Of a stretch of DNA of 64,000 nucleotides, positions 46,006 to 55,129 are shown one piece after another. A program made the translations under genes and the position numbers. The notes beneath the pieces are model-generated. The model searched no databases and had not been told where the DNA came from. It worked only from the letters and a program-made list of their open reading frames with translations. Numbering within the stretch: position 1 is the first letter of the stretch; each line of letters begins with the position of its first letter. The stretch comes from a virus: IMG/VR virus record IMGVR_UViG_3300020165_000009; one strand, given 5' to 3'.

Positions 46006-47220
46006 CTACTTATTGTATCTAGCTAGATTAACTCTCTTAGGATCACCGACGTTATACTGGTAAAGTTCCGTATAACAGTCGACATTAATATCGCTCTCTA
46101 GCCAGCGTGTATCAGCATATACTGAAGCTTTTTTGCATAAAGACTTGTAACGCTGTCTGTCGCCTAAAGTCCTCTCGATCTGAGCAATCATCTCATCTCC
46201 TGTTTTAAACCTAATGGGTGCATTCTCGTATGTACACATATCCTGGCATGCAATAGGTAAGCCAAGTGCACATGCTTCTATATATTTTAAATCTGACTTT
46301 GAACGGTTAAATACGTTATCTTGTAAAGGTGCAACAACCATATTAATGTTCAAATCACGTAATTTGTCGCCGTATTCAAAAAGTCTCACCCATGGGTGAA
46401 ATTCGATCTTACCGGACATAACTAATGGTTTAAGTGACAGCGGAAAAGCTCCTAAAAATACCCATTGATATTTATCAACTGTTTTAGCAATAACATTATT
46501 TACATGCTCAAAATCATCCTTCTGGCCTACATTATTATCAACATCAAAATGAGCACCGGAACCAGCATATAAGATTCTTGGCTTCTTTTTATTATCTTCA
46601 AAACTTTTCATCGTGCGACTCAGGTCGCTTCTATTACCTAACCAAAACTTAGGCATAAAATTAGGTATAACAGTTACATTTTCATTACCCGTTTTCTCTT
46701 TATAGTAGTCGCGCATGAATGGGCATGTAACAGTAATTTCGTCGCACATGGCCATAATCTCCTGAGCACTCTTTCTAATTTGAGGATCAGTAAATGCCCC
46801 CTTAAACTTATTATAATCAGGTATATCCTCCGCGAAGCAGATGTCATCAATTTCATATATAAGCCTAAAATTTTGTTTGTCTGCAATATTGCGCACAAAT
46901 TTAATAAACTCTAATTGCTGTGGCGTTGCTTGTCTCTGTATACGCACACCCTTCACTCCTACATACTGTCTCGTATCTCCATTCATTACTGTTGTACCAT
47001 GCACTACAGCTTTATTATGAGCATTCATAACCTGTTCAGGCCATATCATTCTCCAGTGACCACAGCCGGAGTAATCAGCGTAGTAGTTCATAAAACGTGG
47101 CAGACCGAGCTCTTGAGGCTTTGGCGTTGCTGGTTGTTGAACGTTACGCACTTGATTAGCTAGTCCCATAGGGAGAGCGCCTCGCATAGGTGAAGTCTGG
47201 AAGGGAGATTGGCTGAGCAT
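46006..47220 (-). CDS. Glycosyltransferase, GT-B fold
   Basis: SGCGHWRMIWP, IYEIDD, VIPNF, APLQDNVFNRSKSDLKYIEACALGLP. Confidence 0.85.
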   Translation of the reverse strand: MLSQSPFQTSPMRGALPMGLANQVRNVQQPATPKPQELGLPRFMNYYADYSGCGHWRMIWPEQVMNAHNKAVVHGTTVMNGDTRQYVGVKGVRIQRQATPQQLEFIKFVRNIADKQNFRLIYEIDDICFAEDIPDYNKFKGAFTDPQIRKSAQEIMAMCDEITVTCPFMRDYYKEKTGNENVTVIPNFMPKFWLGNRSDLSRTMKSFEDNKKKPRILYAGSGAHFDVDNNVGQKDDFEHVNNVIAKTVDKYQWVFLGAFPLSLKPLVMSGKIEFHPWVRLFEYGDKLRDLNINMVVAPLQDNVFNRSKSDLKYIEACALGLPIACQDMCTYENAPIRFKTGDEMIAQIERTLGDRQRYKSLCKKASVYADTRWLESDINVDCYTELYQYNVGDPKRVNLARYNK

Positions 47221-47249
47221 ATATACTATTAATTATAGGGATTTTTTAT

Positions 47250-49055
47250 TTAATCCACAAATTCTACGCGTTTAGTAATACCGTTACTCTTCTCTAAAAA
47301 TACAATATCACCGGTAGCAGCTTTAATACTTTCCTTACGGTGACTAATTACAAATATACACTCTTTTTGCGTCTCTACCCGATCATTTAAGATCTCTAAA
47401 ACTAGATCAACACCTTTTTCATCGAAACTACTATCAAATAGCTCATCATAAAAACTAAGGTTATAATGAACATCTCCTTGAGCTTTTCGCATATCCATAA
47501 ATGAGAAGAGGCATGCGAGGTCAATAGCTTTTCTTTCAGCTCCAGAGAAGTTATTATAAAGACATACCTTACCTTTTTCATTAATAATCTCCTCTTCAAA
47601 ATACTCATTAAAGACGCAAATACTATTACTATCTAGTTTCTTGAGATAGTGCGTAAGTTTAGAGTTAAAGTTGCGTAAAATTTTCTTAACGATAAAGCTC
47701 TTTACTCCTTCTTCTGAGACGACAAACTTTGCAACATCTAAGAAGTCTAATCTATTTTTAAGACTGTTAATATCAGCCTTAATAGTATCAACCTTATCTT
47801 GATACTCATTAACTACACTATCGAAAGTATTAGTTTCATTCTTTACTCCTTCTAACTCACTCTCAATTTCGGTTATACATTTTTGTATATAATTAACAGA
47901 GTCACTAACTTGACTGATACTATATTTCTCTCTCTCAATGTTAGTAATTTTATCGGCTAGAGTTTGAATTGCATTATTAATTTTCTCTTCAAGAGTCTTC
48001 TTACCATTTAAGTCACTAGTAAGTTCATCTAGTTTTGTTTTCTGTTTGTTTATACCAGCCTTTATATGAAGCTTCTTTTCATTGATAGCTTCTATATCAT
48101 GATCAGCAATTGGCCGGAGACATACCGGGCAATCGGCTTCTGATGTACCTATCTGTTTATAGTCCTCAGCTGCAGTTCTTAGCGTTAGCTTACACTCAAT
48201 TAAATCATGATTAATTGCATCTATTTCATCTCGTACTGCATTCTTCTTCTGACTTACTTCCTCTTTCTTTTTTTCAAAAGGAGTAGCATCTAAATTATTA
48301 ATACTGTCCAGTCGCTCATTAGCTGCTTTAAGATCAGCTGAGTGTCGGTCGCGGGTTGACTCTAATGTATTGATCTTCCTGCCATGGTCAATATCAAAAT
48401 TATTCTTATGGTTCTGCTGTAGTTGCAAATAACCGGACGTTTCTTCTAACCGAGTAACATTAATATCAAAGTCTTTCTTAACCTCACTCTGATCGCCTCT
48501 AACATCGTTTAGCATCTTAGAGAATACTTCTAGATTAAAAATCTTTTCAATAAATTTACGCTTCTCGACCTTATTCTTAGCCATAAAAGGTATATGGTTA
48601 TTGAGAGTCATAATAACACAATTCTGAAATATCTCTGGTGATGATGATAATACGGTTTCAATATACTGGTTTGTATTTTGAATAGTATCACGTGTCTTAT
48701 CGATATCATTCTTATATATTGTGCATTTTGAAGGTCCTAAGGTACGTACAATTCTAAAGTCATTTATACCATATTGCGGATCATCAACACTAAACAATAG
48801 CTCGACAGATGTCTTACCGTCTGTTAAATTATTAGGTATAAAGGTCTTCTTAATCTCACGTAATGTATTACCGAATATTGAGAAGTATAGAGCATCAGCA
48901 ATAGTACTCTTACCCACACCATTTCTTCTATCCTCCTTATCGCGATTTATACCAGTAACAATATGCAAGCCAGTCTCGAAGTTTACCTTCACTACTTCTT
49001 CACCGACTGATAAGAAGTTCTTAATTTTTAACTCTTTAAAATTTACGTATTTCAT
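47250..49055 (-). CDS. gp46: Recombination nuclease ATPase subunit (Rad50/SbcC-like)
   Basis: KNFLSVG, NGVGKST, CPVC hook, FSGAE, DELFDSSFD, ISH. Confidence 0.95.
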   Translation of the reverse strand: MKYVNFKELKIKNFLSVGEEVVKVNFETGLHIVTGINRDKEDRRNGVGKSTIADALYFSIFGNTLREIKKTFIPNNLTDGKTSVELLFSVDDPQYGINDFRIVRTLGPSKCTIYKNDIDKTRDTIQNTNQYIETVLSSSPEIFQNCVIMTLNNHIPFMAKNKVEKRKFIEKIFNLEVFSKMLNDVRGDQSEVKKDFDINVTRLEETSGYLQLQQNHKNNFDIDHGRKINTLESTRDRHSADLKAANERLDSINNLDATPFEKKKEEVSQKKNAVRDEIDAINHDLIECKLTLRTAAEDYKQIGTSEADCPVCLRPIADHDIEAINEKKLHIKAGINKQKTKLDELTSDLNGKKTLEEKINNAIQTLADKITNIEREKYSISQVSDSVNYIQKCITEIESELEGVKNETNTFDSVVNEYQDKVDTIKADINSLKNRLDFLDVAKFVVSEEGVKSFIVKKILRNFNSKLTHYLKKLDSNSICVFNEYFEEEIINEKGKVCLYNNFSGAERKAIDLACLFSFMDMRKAQGDVHYNLSFYDELFDSSFDEKGVDLVLEILNDRVETQKECIFVISHRKESIKAATGDIVFLEKSNGITKRVEFVD

Positions 49056-50101
49056 TTTGGTCTATCTACTGATCGGTTATATAGTTCTGTAGTGTATTTT
49101 GCAACTTCACTCTTATTATCAATATCTAACATGTTAATAAATTCAGTAATAGCTTCCGACATATCTACTCCAGAAAGATCAAACTCATTATCTTCTGCGA
49201 ATTGTACTTTATTATAATTAGCATCATAATCAATTCTAATGTCACTAGGCTTATAACTAGCAAGTTTTGTAACTAGTAAATCCATATCTGCTGAATTAAC
49301 ATTTTTATCTACAATAAATTTAATAATGTTACCGGTTACTTCAGATCTAAAGTATGCTTCAGGATCTTTTTGTGTTATAAGCTTAGATAGAAATATCTTA
49401 ACATGTTTAGGTGTTACAGTATTTTTATAAAACTCATAACTTAAATCCTCTAGATCTAAAACATAGTATCCTTTGGTCTGCCCTGAATCACCGAAATCCA
49501 TTTCATAAGGGTTACCTACATATATGATTTCACTATTATCGAACTTTCTACTCGCTCTTAAGTGGAAGTGACCTGAGAATACTAGAGGTGCTTTATTAGC
49601 TAGAGCCTCCGGATTGTCGCCGTGATCACATACCTTAAAGGAGTTCATTTTAAAGTTAACTAACTCAAAGTGACCGAATACTAAATCACAATCCGGAATG
49701 TCTTTTAGTTGAGTGCCCCATGGGCAGAAGACTGTATTAACGCCGTGTATATTACATTGCGTCATTTTATCATAAACCGTCAGGTTACTATAACCTCTCA
49801 ATATACTCAGACTGTTAATTTCACTAGTATCTTTATACCACGCATCATGATTACCAGTAATCATCGTAATATTAAAGTCGCTAAATTTATCTAAAAAGTC
49901 TTTAGCGAAATTTAATGTTTTAACACTTATTTCGTCTCTATAGTGGAAGAAATCTCCACAAAATATAATATCAGAAATACCTTTGGACTTCAAGTCCTCA
50001 ATATACCAGTCGCTCCATTGATTTGCTACACCTAGCCAGAAGTCACTATTCTGGTGAACGCCGAGGTGTATATCAGAAAATATGGCTACCTTTTTACCCA
50101 T
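49052..50101 (-). CDS. gp47: Recombination nuclease subunit (Mre11/SbcD-like)
   Basis: SDIHLG, GDFF, GNHD, GHFE, SGHFH, YVGNP. Confidence 0.95.
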   Translation of the reverse strand: MGKKVAIFSDIHLGVHQNSDFWLGVANQWSDWYIEDLKSKGISDIIFCGDFFHYRDEISVKTLNFAKDFLDKFSDFNITMITGNHDAWYKDTSEINSLSILRGYSNLTVYDKMTQCNIHGVNTVFCPWGTQLKDIPDCDLVFGHFELVNFKMNSFKVCDHGDNPEALANKAPLVFSGHFHLRASRKFDNSEIIYVGNPYEMDFGDSGQTKGYYVLDLEDLSYEFYKNTVTPKHVKIFLSKLITQKDPEAYFRSEVTGNIIKFIVDKNVNSADMDLLVTKLASYKPSDIRIDYDANYNKVQFAEDNEFDLSGVDMSEAITEFINMLDIDNKSEVAKYTTELYNRSVDRPK

Positions 50102-50102
50102 A

Positions 50103-50615
50103 TTAATAGTCGTCAGGGTTGGTGGGTTTTACATAAACATGACCTCCTCCGGAATCCATCATCTCTTTTTCATAAACTACTTCTTTATAATCACATAGAG
50201 TTTGATGATGCTTTTTCTCTTTTTTAATTCTATTAATGAAAGCGTGAAATGCAATAGTAGTAAAATAAGAGAATGGATTGTATTCTGAATCTACATTAAA
50301 CTTTTTGTTCTGCAGAGCTGTATACATCTTAACTAGAGCGTCACCTATCATATCTTCTTTATAGGTATAATTTATAAAATTTGATTTATTACCAAGACCA
50401 TAAGCAATCTTCTTAAGTGAGTTTGCAAGCTCGAAAATACAATCCTCAGTTACATAATACTCTCTAATCTGCTGCTTAAACACAGCAGGATTAACATAAT
50501 ACTGGTCAATCTTAGGCTTAGGCCCTCTCTTCTTAGGCTTAGGCTTCTCCTCGAGTGCAGGCGCCTCATCAGTCTTAGGCTTCTTATCGGTCTTAGGTTC
50601 TTTGTCTCTAGGCAT
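50103..50615 (-). CDS. gp55: Late-transcription sigma factor
   Basis: YYVN, NFINYTYKEDMIGDA, NPFSYFTTIAFHAFINRIKKEKK. Confidence 0.93.
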   Translation of the reverse strand: MPRDKEPKTDKKPKTDEAPALEEKPKPKKRGPKPKIDQYYVNPAVFKQQIREYYVTEDCIFELANSLKKIAYGLGNKSNFINYTYKEDMIGDALVKMYTALQNKKFNVDSEYNPFSYFTTIAFHAFINRIKKEKKHHQTLCDYKEVVYEKEMMDSGGGHVYVKPTNPDDY

Positions 50616-50656
50616 AATATAACTATAGTATAGTATATGACTATGTAACTTTCAAC

Positions 50657-52090
50657 TTATTTTTCAGTAACCTGCACTATTTTATAAGGTATCCTCTCTT
50701 GCTCGTAGATTTCTTTTCTACGGGCAACATGCTTTTGACCATACTTAAGCTGATCCGCTATATCAATTATCCTAAGATTGTCTTTACTATCATGTAAACG
50801 TAAGCCACGGCCTATAGTCTGAATAGTACGTATGGAGCTTTTACCACCAGCAGCAAATACAATCATATGTATATTTTTAATATTAACCCCGGTACTAAAA
50901 ATAGAACTCATAGCTATACAAACTACATTACTTTCTACCTCCATTATTCTCTTAATATTTTCGCGCTCTTCGACCTCTAGCTCACCCTGAACAAAATATA
51001 CTCGCTTATCTTTTAAGGTTGACATTAGATCATAAAGTGTTTCACCATGTTTCAGGTGATTTACTAATACTAGAATGTTGTTGTTAAAGTTAGCACATAT
51101 CTGATTTATCATATTATTTCGAAATTGATTCTCATATATGAAATCTAATTCGAGCCTGTAATTCAGTTTAGCGTCTGCACCTGTTTTATATGCTGGTGAT
51201 TTTAAAAATTCAGACTCAATAATAGTTGTACTTGCTGGGGTAAGGTGTTTTTCGGTACGTAACTGAAAACTATCTTTCTCATATATGATACTCCCTATCT
51301 TACCGATAATATTCCATTCATCAACCTTACCATCAGGCATTGTGCCAGTCAATCCAAACTTATGAACAGTTCTAATTTGTTGTACCATCTTACTTACCTT
51401 ATTACTTTTTTTGACTTTATGACACTCGTCTATAACTAACGCATCTACCTTTTCTAACCAGTCATTATCCTTAAATTGACTCTGAAGTATACCTAGGTTA
51501 GCTATAATAACATTAGCAGTAAAGTCTGGTTTATTCTTACCGGACCATTTAGTATACTTAAAGGGTGCATCATATTCACTAAAGTCGCTAAACGTCTGAT
51601 TGACTAAGCCTAAATCTGGTACAATCAAAAGACATTTAAATGTATCACCCGTACTCTTAAACATACTCGATAGTAGAGAGCATATTGTTAGAGTCTTACC
51701 GGCACCTGTACCCATTTTTAGAATACCTCTACCAAATTGAATTGCTTTCTTACAAGCAGCTAACTGATAGTCTCTCAATGGTAGTGTTAACTCATCATAT
51801 ACGTCTGTGGCTGCTAACGTAGGTTTTATAATATCAGATACATTACTATCAATATGTAATTCCTCATCAGGATAAACCTCCTTAATGTATCTTAATATAT
51901 CAAAAAATAATCCAGCTTCGAAGAGACCGGTTGGTGTAATACAATAATTTCTGATATCAGCAAAATGTCTAGCTCTACCCTTCAACCTAAATCGAGCTGT
52001 TGCATCGGTTTCACTAAAAAAATCGCGAATAGCGGGCACGAGTTCGCCTGCTATTCTAATCTTATTATTAACTAGTTCAAATTTAATCAT
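50657..52090 (-). CDS. uvsW: UvsW DNA helicase
   Basis: LRDYQ, TGAGKT, IDECH, GLTGT, FSTGVNIKN, QTIGRGLR. Confidence 0.95.
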   Translation of the reverse strand: MIKFELVNNKIRIAGELVPAIRDFFSETDATARFRLKGRARHFADIRNYCITPTGLFEAGLFFDILRYIKEVYPDEELHIDSNVSDIIKPTLAATDVYDELTLPLRDYQLAACKKAIQFGRGILKMGTGAGKTLTICSLLSSMFKSTGDTFKCLLIVPDLGLVNQTFSDFSEYDAPFKYTKWSGKNKPDFTANVIIANLGILQSQFKDNDWLEKVDALVIDECHKVKKSNKVSKMVQQIRTVHKFGLTGTMPDGKVDEWNIIGKIGSIIYEKDSFQLRTEKHLTPASTTIIESEFLKSPAYKTGADAKLNYRLELDFIYENQFRNNMINQICANFNNNILVLVNHLKHGETLYDLMSTLKDKRVYFVQGELEVEERENIKRIMEVESNVVCIAMSSIFSTGVNIKNIHMIVFAAGGKSSIRTIQTIGRGLRLHDSKDNLRIIDIADQLKYGQKHVARRKEIYEQERIPYKIVQVTEK

Positions 52091-52092
52091 CC

Positions 52093-52509
52093 CTATATAG
52101 TTTCCATCTTCATTATCTCGATGATATTCTTGATGTCAAAACCTAAGCTTGTAAATGTTCTTTCAACCTTTTCTAGATAATCAACAATTAGTTCTTGCTC
52201 ATCGATACGATTTTGCAATTCTATCATTCCCTCATGTTGATATGAGCTTTTCTCTGCTATAGGTCTAGTCACCTTTACTGGAGATTCACGTTGTATAGCT
52301 TGTACTATATCTTCTCTTAAGGAATACCTCTCAGCTTTTAGATTAAGGAGTGACTTTTTATGCTGAATCAATCTGCAGACCCAGTAGTGTTTACGAGCTG
52401 GAGTCTTAAGTGACATCTCTTTGATATTAAACTCATCGATATGTAGCTCAGTCTCAATCTCTTTACTATATCTTTCAATTATTTCCGCATTCACATCCTT
52501 ATTATACAT
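52093..52509 (-). CDS. uvsY: Recombination mediator UvsY-like
   Basis: ELHIDE...helical body...GFDIKNIIE C-terminus; adjacent to uvsW. Confidence 0.75.
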   Translation of the reverse strand: MYNKDVNAEIIERYSKEIETELHIDEFNIKEMSLKTPARKHYWVCRLIQHKKSLLNLKAERYSLREDIVQAIQRESPVKVTRPIAEKSSYQHEGMIELQNRIDEQELIVDYLEKVERTFTSLGFDIKNIIEIMKMETI

Positions 52510-52587
52510 GTATTTACACGGCTTGCAACTACTAACTAGTGATATAACATAGAAAGCCTAAGACGTAATACATAAATAAATATTAAT

Positions 52588-52974
52588 ATGAGGGATACAC
52601 AGAGATTATTTGAACGTACAATAGATAAACTACTCAAAGGGGTGGAAGATATTGATTATGATGAAAATGAACTTAAAATGGGTATTGAGGTAGAGTTAGA
52701 ACATACTGATGATAAAGATGTTGCAACAACTATAGCCAAACAGCATCTCGCTGAAGATCCTGCATATTATAGTAAGCTTAAGACAATTCATGACGAGGAT
52801 GAAGGTAATACAGTAGGTGGAGGTGCTCTTGGACCAGCAGCTGCAGTAGGTCATTCACAATCAGGCGATTGGTACGCTCCCGGCGATGCTAGAGTACCTC
52901 AGATATTAGGCGGCATTCAGACTCGGCGCGGGACGATTGGCCGGAAACGTAGAAAAAAGAAAAAGAAAAAGTAA
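52588..52974 (+). CDS. Late protein with DUF5661-like domain and basic tail
   Basis: ELKMGIEVELEHTDD...IAKQHLAEDPAYYSKL; C-terminal RKRRKKKKKK. Confidence 0.65.
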   Translation: MRDTQRLFERTIDKLLKGVEDIDYDENELKMGIEVELEHTDDKDVATTIAKQHLAEDPAYYSKLKTIHDEDEGNTVGGGALGPAAAVGHSQSGDWYAPGDARVPQILGGIQTRRGTIGRKRRKKKKKK

Positions 52975-52980
52975 GTACAT

Positions 52981-53415
52981 GTGATGGAAACAGGTCACTG
53001 GACAATACATGGCACGATACCTGCGGATGCTTTCGGTTTTATATATGAAATTACTAATACAGTAAATCAAAGGAAGTATATAGGTAAAAAACAGATGGTA
53101 AAGCGTATTAAACGAGCACCACTCAAAGGTAAGAAGCGTAAACGAATTGATTTTGTAGAGAGTGATTGGAAGTCCTATACAGGCTCTTCAGATAGACTTA
53201 ATGCTGATATTGAAGAGCTTGGTAAGGAGACTTTTACATTCCAAATTTTAAGATTTTGTGGTAGTAAATTTGAACTAAGTTATTTTGAATCTAAGATGCA
53301 ATTTGAACGTGATGTTCTATTAAGTGAAGATTATTATAATGGTATTATAAACTGTAGAATAGGTAGACCACCTAAAGCTCTAAAGGAACAGTATTATAAT
53401 AAGGTTAATGAATAA
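52981..53415 (+). CDS. GIY-YIG domain endonuclease
   Basis: FGFIYEITNTVNQRKYIGKKQ...ESDWKSYTGSS...YYN. Confidence 0.85.
   Translation: MMETGHWTIHGTIPADAFGFIYEITNTVNQRKYIGKKQMVKRIKRAPLKGKKRKRIDFVESDWKSYTGSSDRLNADIEELGKETFTFQILRFCGSKFELSYFESKMQFERDVLLSEDYYNGIINCRIGRPPKALKEQYYNKVNE
53385..53400 (+). promoter_or_regulatory. GGAAC-N5-TATAAT promoter
   Basis: GGAACagtatTATAATaaggttaATG, start codon at 53408. Confidence 0.7.
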
Positions 53416-53965
53416 TGTAGATCTAGGAATATACAATATAAACCTTATTAACTGTAATGAGGTTTTTAAAAAGGCTAGTGATAGTATTGTAGATGACTTA
53501 TACAAGTTTGATTTACTTCAGAAATCTCTGAATAATACTACTGTAAGACGCCTATTCCTACATTACACTATACTCCATTTATGTGAAGCTATCCTAAAGA
53601 GTAAGTCTAACAAGAAAAATATTCTATTCTTTAATAATACACAGCTAAATGATGTTTCGTTAGCTAAATTTCACAATGAAAGTGATATTATTAAGTCTAT
53701 ATGCAGCGTCCTTAGGAAAGTTAAGGTTATGCTACCAGTAAAAGTATACATTAGTAGATATAGTCTGGATTACTTCCATCATCTACTCGAATCTAACCAA
53801 GGTAAAGGTTATTTACTACTAAATGAGGTAAGAAGTACTGCAGATCATGATAATACACGATTTACTTTTAGTAAAATTAAGCAATACACTAAAAAATACG
53901 GATTAACTTGGCTTAATGAAGAGTACTTTAATAGACTATCAACTAAGTTTCTTCTAATTAAATAA
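53408..53965 (+). CDS. Hypothetical protein
   Basis: 185 aa with its own promoter. Confidence 0.6.
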   Translation: MNNVDLGIYNINLINCNEVFKKASDSIVDDLYKFDLLQKSLNNTTVRRLFLHYTILHLCEAILKSKSNKKNILFFNNTQLNDVSLAKFHNESDIIKSICSVLRKVKVMLPVKVYISRYSLDYFHHLLESNQGKGYLLLNEVRSTADHDNTRFTFSKIKQYTKKYGLTWLNEEYFNRLSTKFLLIK

Positions 53966-53973
53966 ATAATAAC

Positions 53974-54789
53974 ATGGATAATTATACCCAACTTGCAAAT
54001 AAAATTCTCAACGAGAGTATGGATAGCTCGAGACTTAGCAGTGATACAGCATTAAGAGATGAAATGATCGCACTAGATGATGAACTTTTCAGTGCTGTAG
54101 ACGCAGGAGATAAAGCGGCTCACGAAAAGGCGCTTAATAGATATGAAGCTCTAAGAACTCAAGCCATCGACAAGTTTGGGATAGACGGCCCTATCCATCT
54201 TATCGATCCAGATCTGCACGGCGCACATTCGGATGATTATAAGGATGAAAACGGCGTTAGACCACACAATGTTACATTCCGTGACGCTGTAGAATTTTAT
54301 CCGTCCGGTGCATATGGTAAAATAGTTGATGGTAAGTTTATTGCCCCGCCTGTAAAGAGTTATATTGAAGATAATGAATCTCCATCAGACGGACTACAAG
54401 CTATCTTGCAGAAATATCCAAGTGAAGTAGAGGATCTCAAAAATAGTGGAGAGTTTGCTGATGAGCTGTATGATGAGCTATTTGAATTTTATCTTGATAG
54501 TGGTGAGATGCCTTATGGTGTAGCAAAAGCTAGAACAGGGGATCCATATGAGTGGGTACATGCTAAATTAGATGAGTTGGGTGTGTTTAATGATGCCGAG
54601 CACGTTGAAGATAATCAAAATGCTATAACTGCTGATGATTTAAAAACTCTAGAGACTGTCAAAGCACTAGCAGGCGGTAAAGCAGATGGAGGCCTTTTTA
54701 GCAATCCTGAAAAACAAATACAACAAGCGTATGGTAAGATGCTTACCAAGATATCCAAGCAAATGAAAAACGTAGCTAAGAAGATGTAA
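53974..54789 (+). CDS. Acidic modular late protein, probable internal head protein
   Basis: Leader MDNYTQLANKILNE; EDNE and EDNQ linkers; modules SDDYKDENGVRP and GEMPYGVAKARTGDPYEW. Confidence 0.6.
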   Translation: MDNYTQLANKILNESMDSSRLSSDTALRDEMIALDDELFSAVDAGDKAAHEKALNRYEALRTQAIDKFGIDGPIHLIDPDLHGAHSDDYKDENGVRPHNVTFRDAVEFYPSGAYGKIVDGKFIAPPVKSYIEDNESPSDGLQAILQKYPSEVEDLKNSGEFADELYDELFEFYLDSGEMPYGVAKARTGDPYEWVHAKLDELGVFNDAEHVEDNQNAITADDLKTLETVKALAGGKADGGLFSNPEKQIQQAYGKMLTKISKQMKNVAKKM

Positions 54790-54791
54790 TT

Positions 54792-55127
54792 ATGAATAAG
54801 TTTTTAAGAAGAATATACGAACTCGATTTGATCAATGAAGAAGATCAAGCACCACCTCCTCCAGGTGTTGCTGATGTCAATGATGTAACGCCTCAAGAGA
54901 TTGATGATGCTCCTGAAGTAGAAGCTGAGGTTGGTACGTTATCTCCAGAGAGCGAGGTAATGTACGTTAGATTACTAAAGAAGGCTCTAGTTGTAGATCT
55001 TGACCCTGAGGATATTGACAATATTAATAGCTTAGCGGAGGTTAACGAAGAAAATGCTAAGCAGGTGCTAGGAGATATCCTTAGAATTATAAAGAGTTAC
55101 TCAACTGAAATCGATATAGAAATTTAA
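54792..55127 (+). CDS. Acidic late protein
   Basis: Leader MNKFLRRIYELDLINE. Confidence 0.6.
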   Translation: MNKFLRRIYELDLINEEDQAPPPPGVADVNDVTPQEIDDAPEVEAEVGTLSPESEVMYVRLLKKALVVDLDPEDIDNINSLAEVNEENAKQVLGDILRIIKSYSTEIDIEI

Positions 55128-55129
55128 AT

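Noticed and set aside
16840-52090. Introns or inteins in terminase, helicase, polymerase, UvsX or UvsW
   Set aside because: The ORFs are continuous, of normal length and show no intein or homing-endonuclease inserts.
52981-53415. GIY-YIG gene as a mobile homing endonuclease
   Set aside because: It is a lone catalytic domain without DNA-binding repeats and does not interrupt a gene; more likely a resident nuclease.
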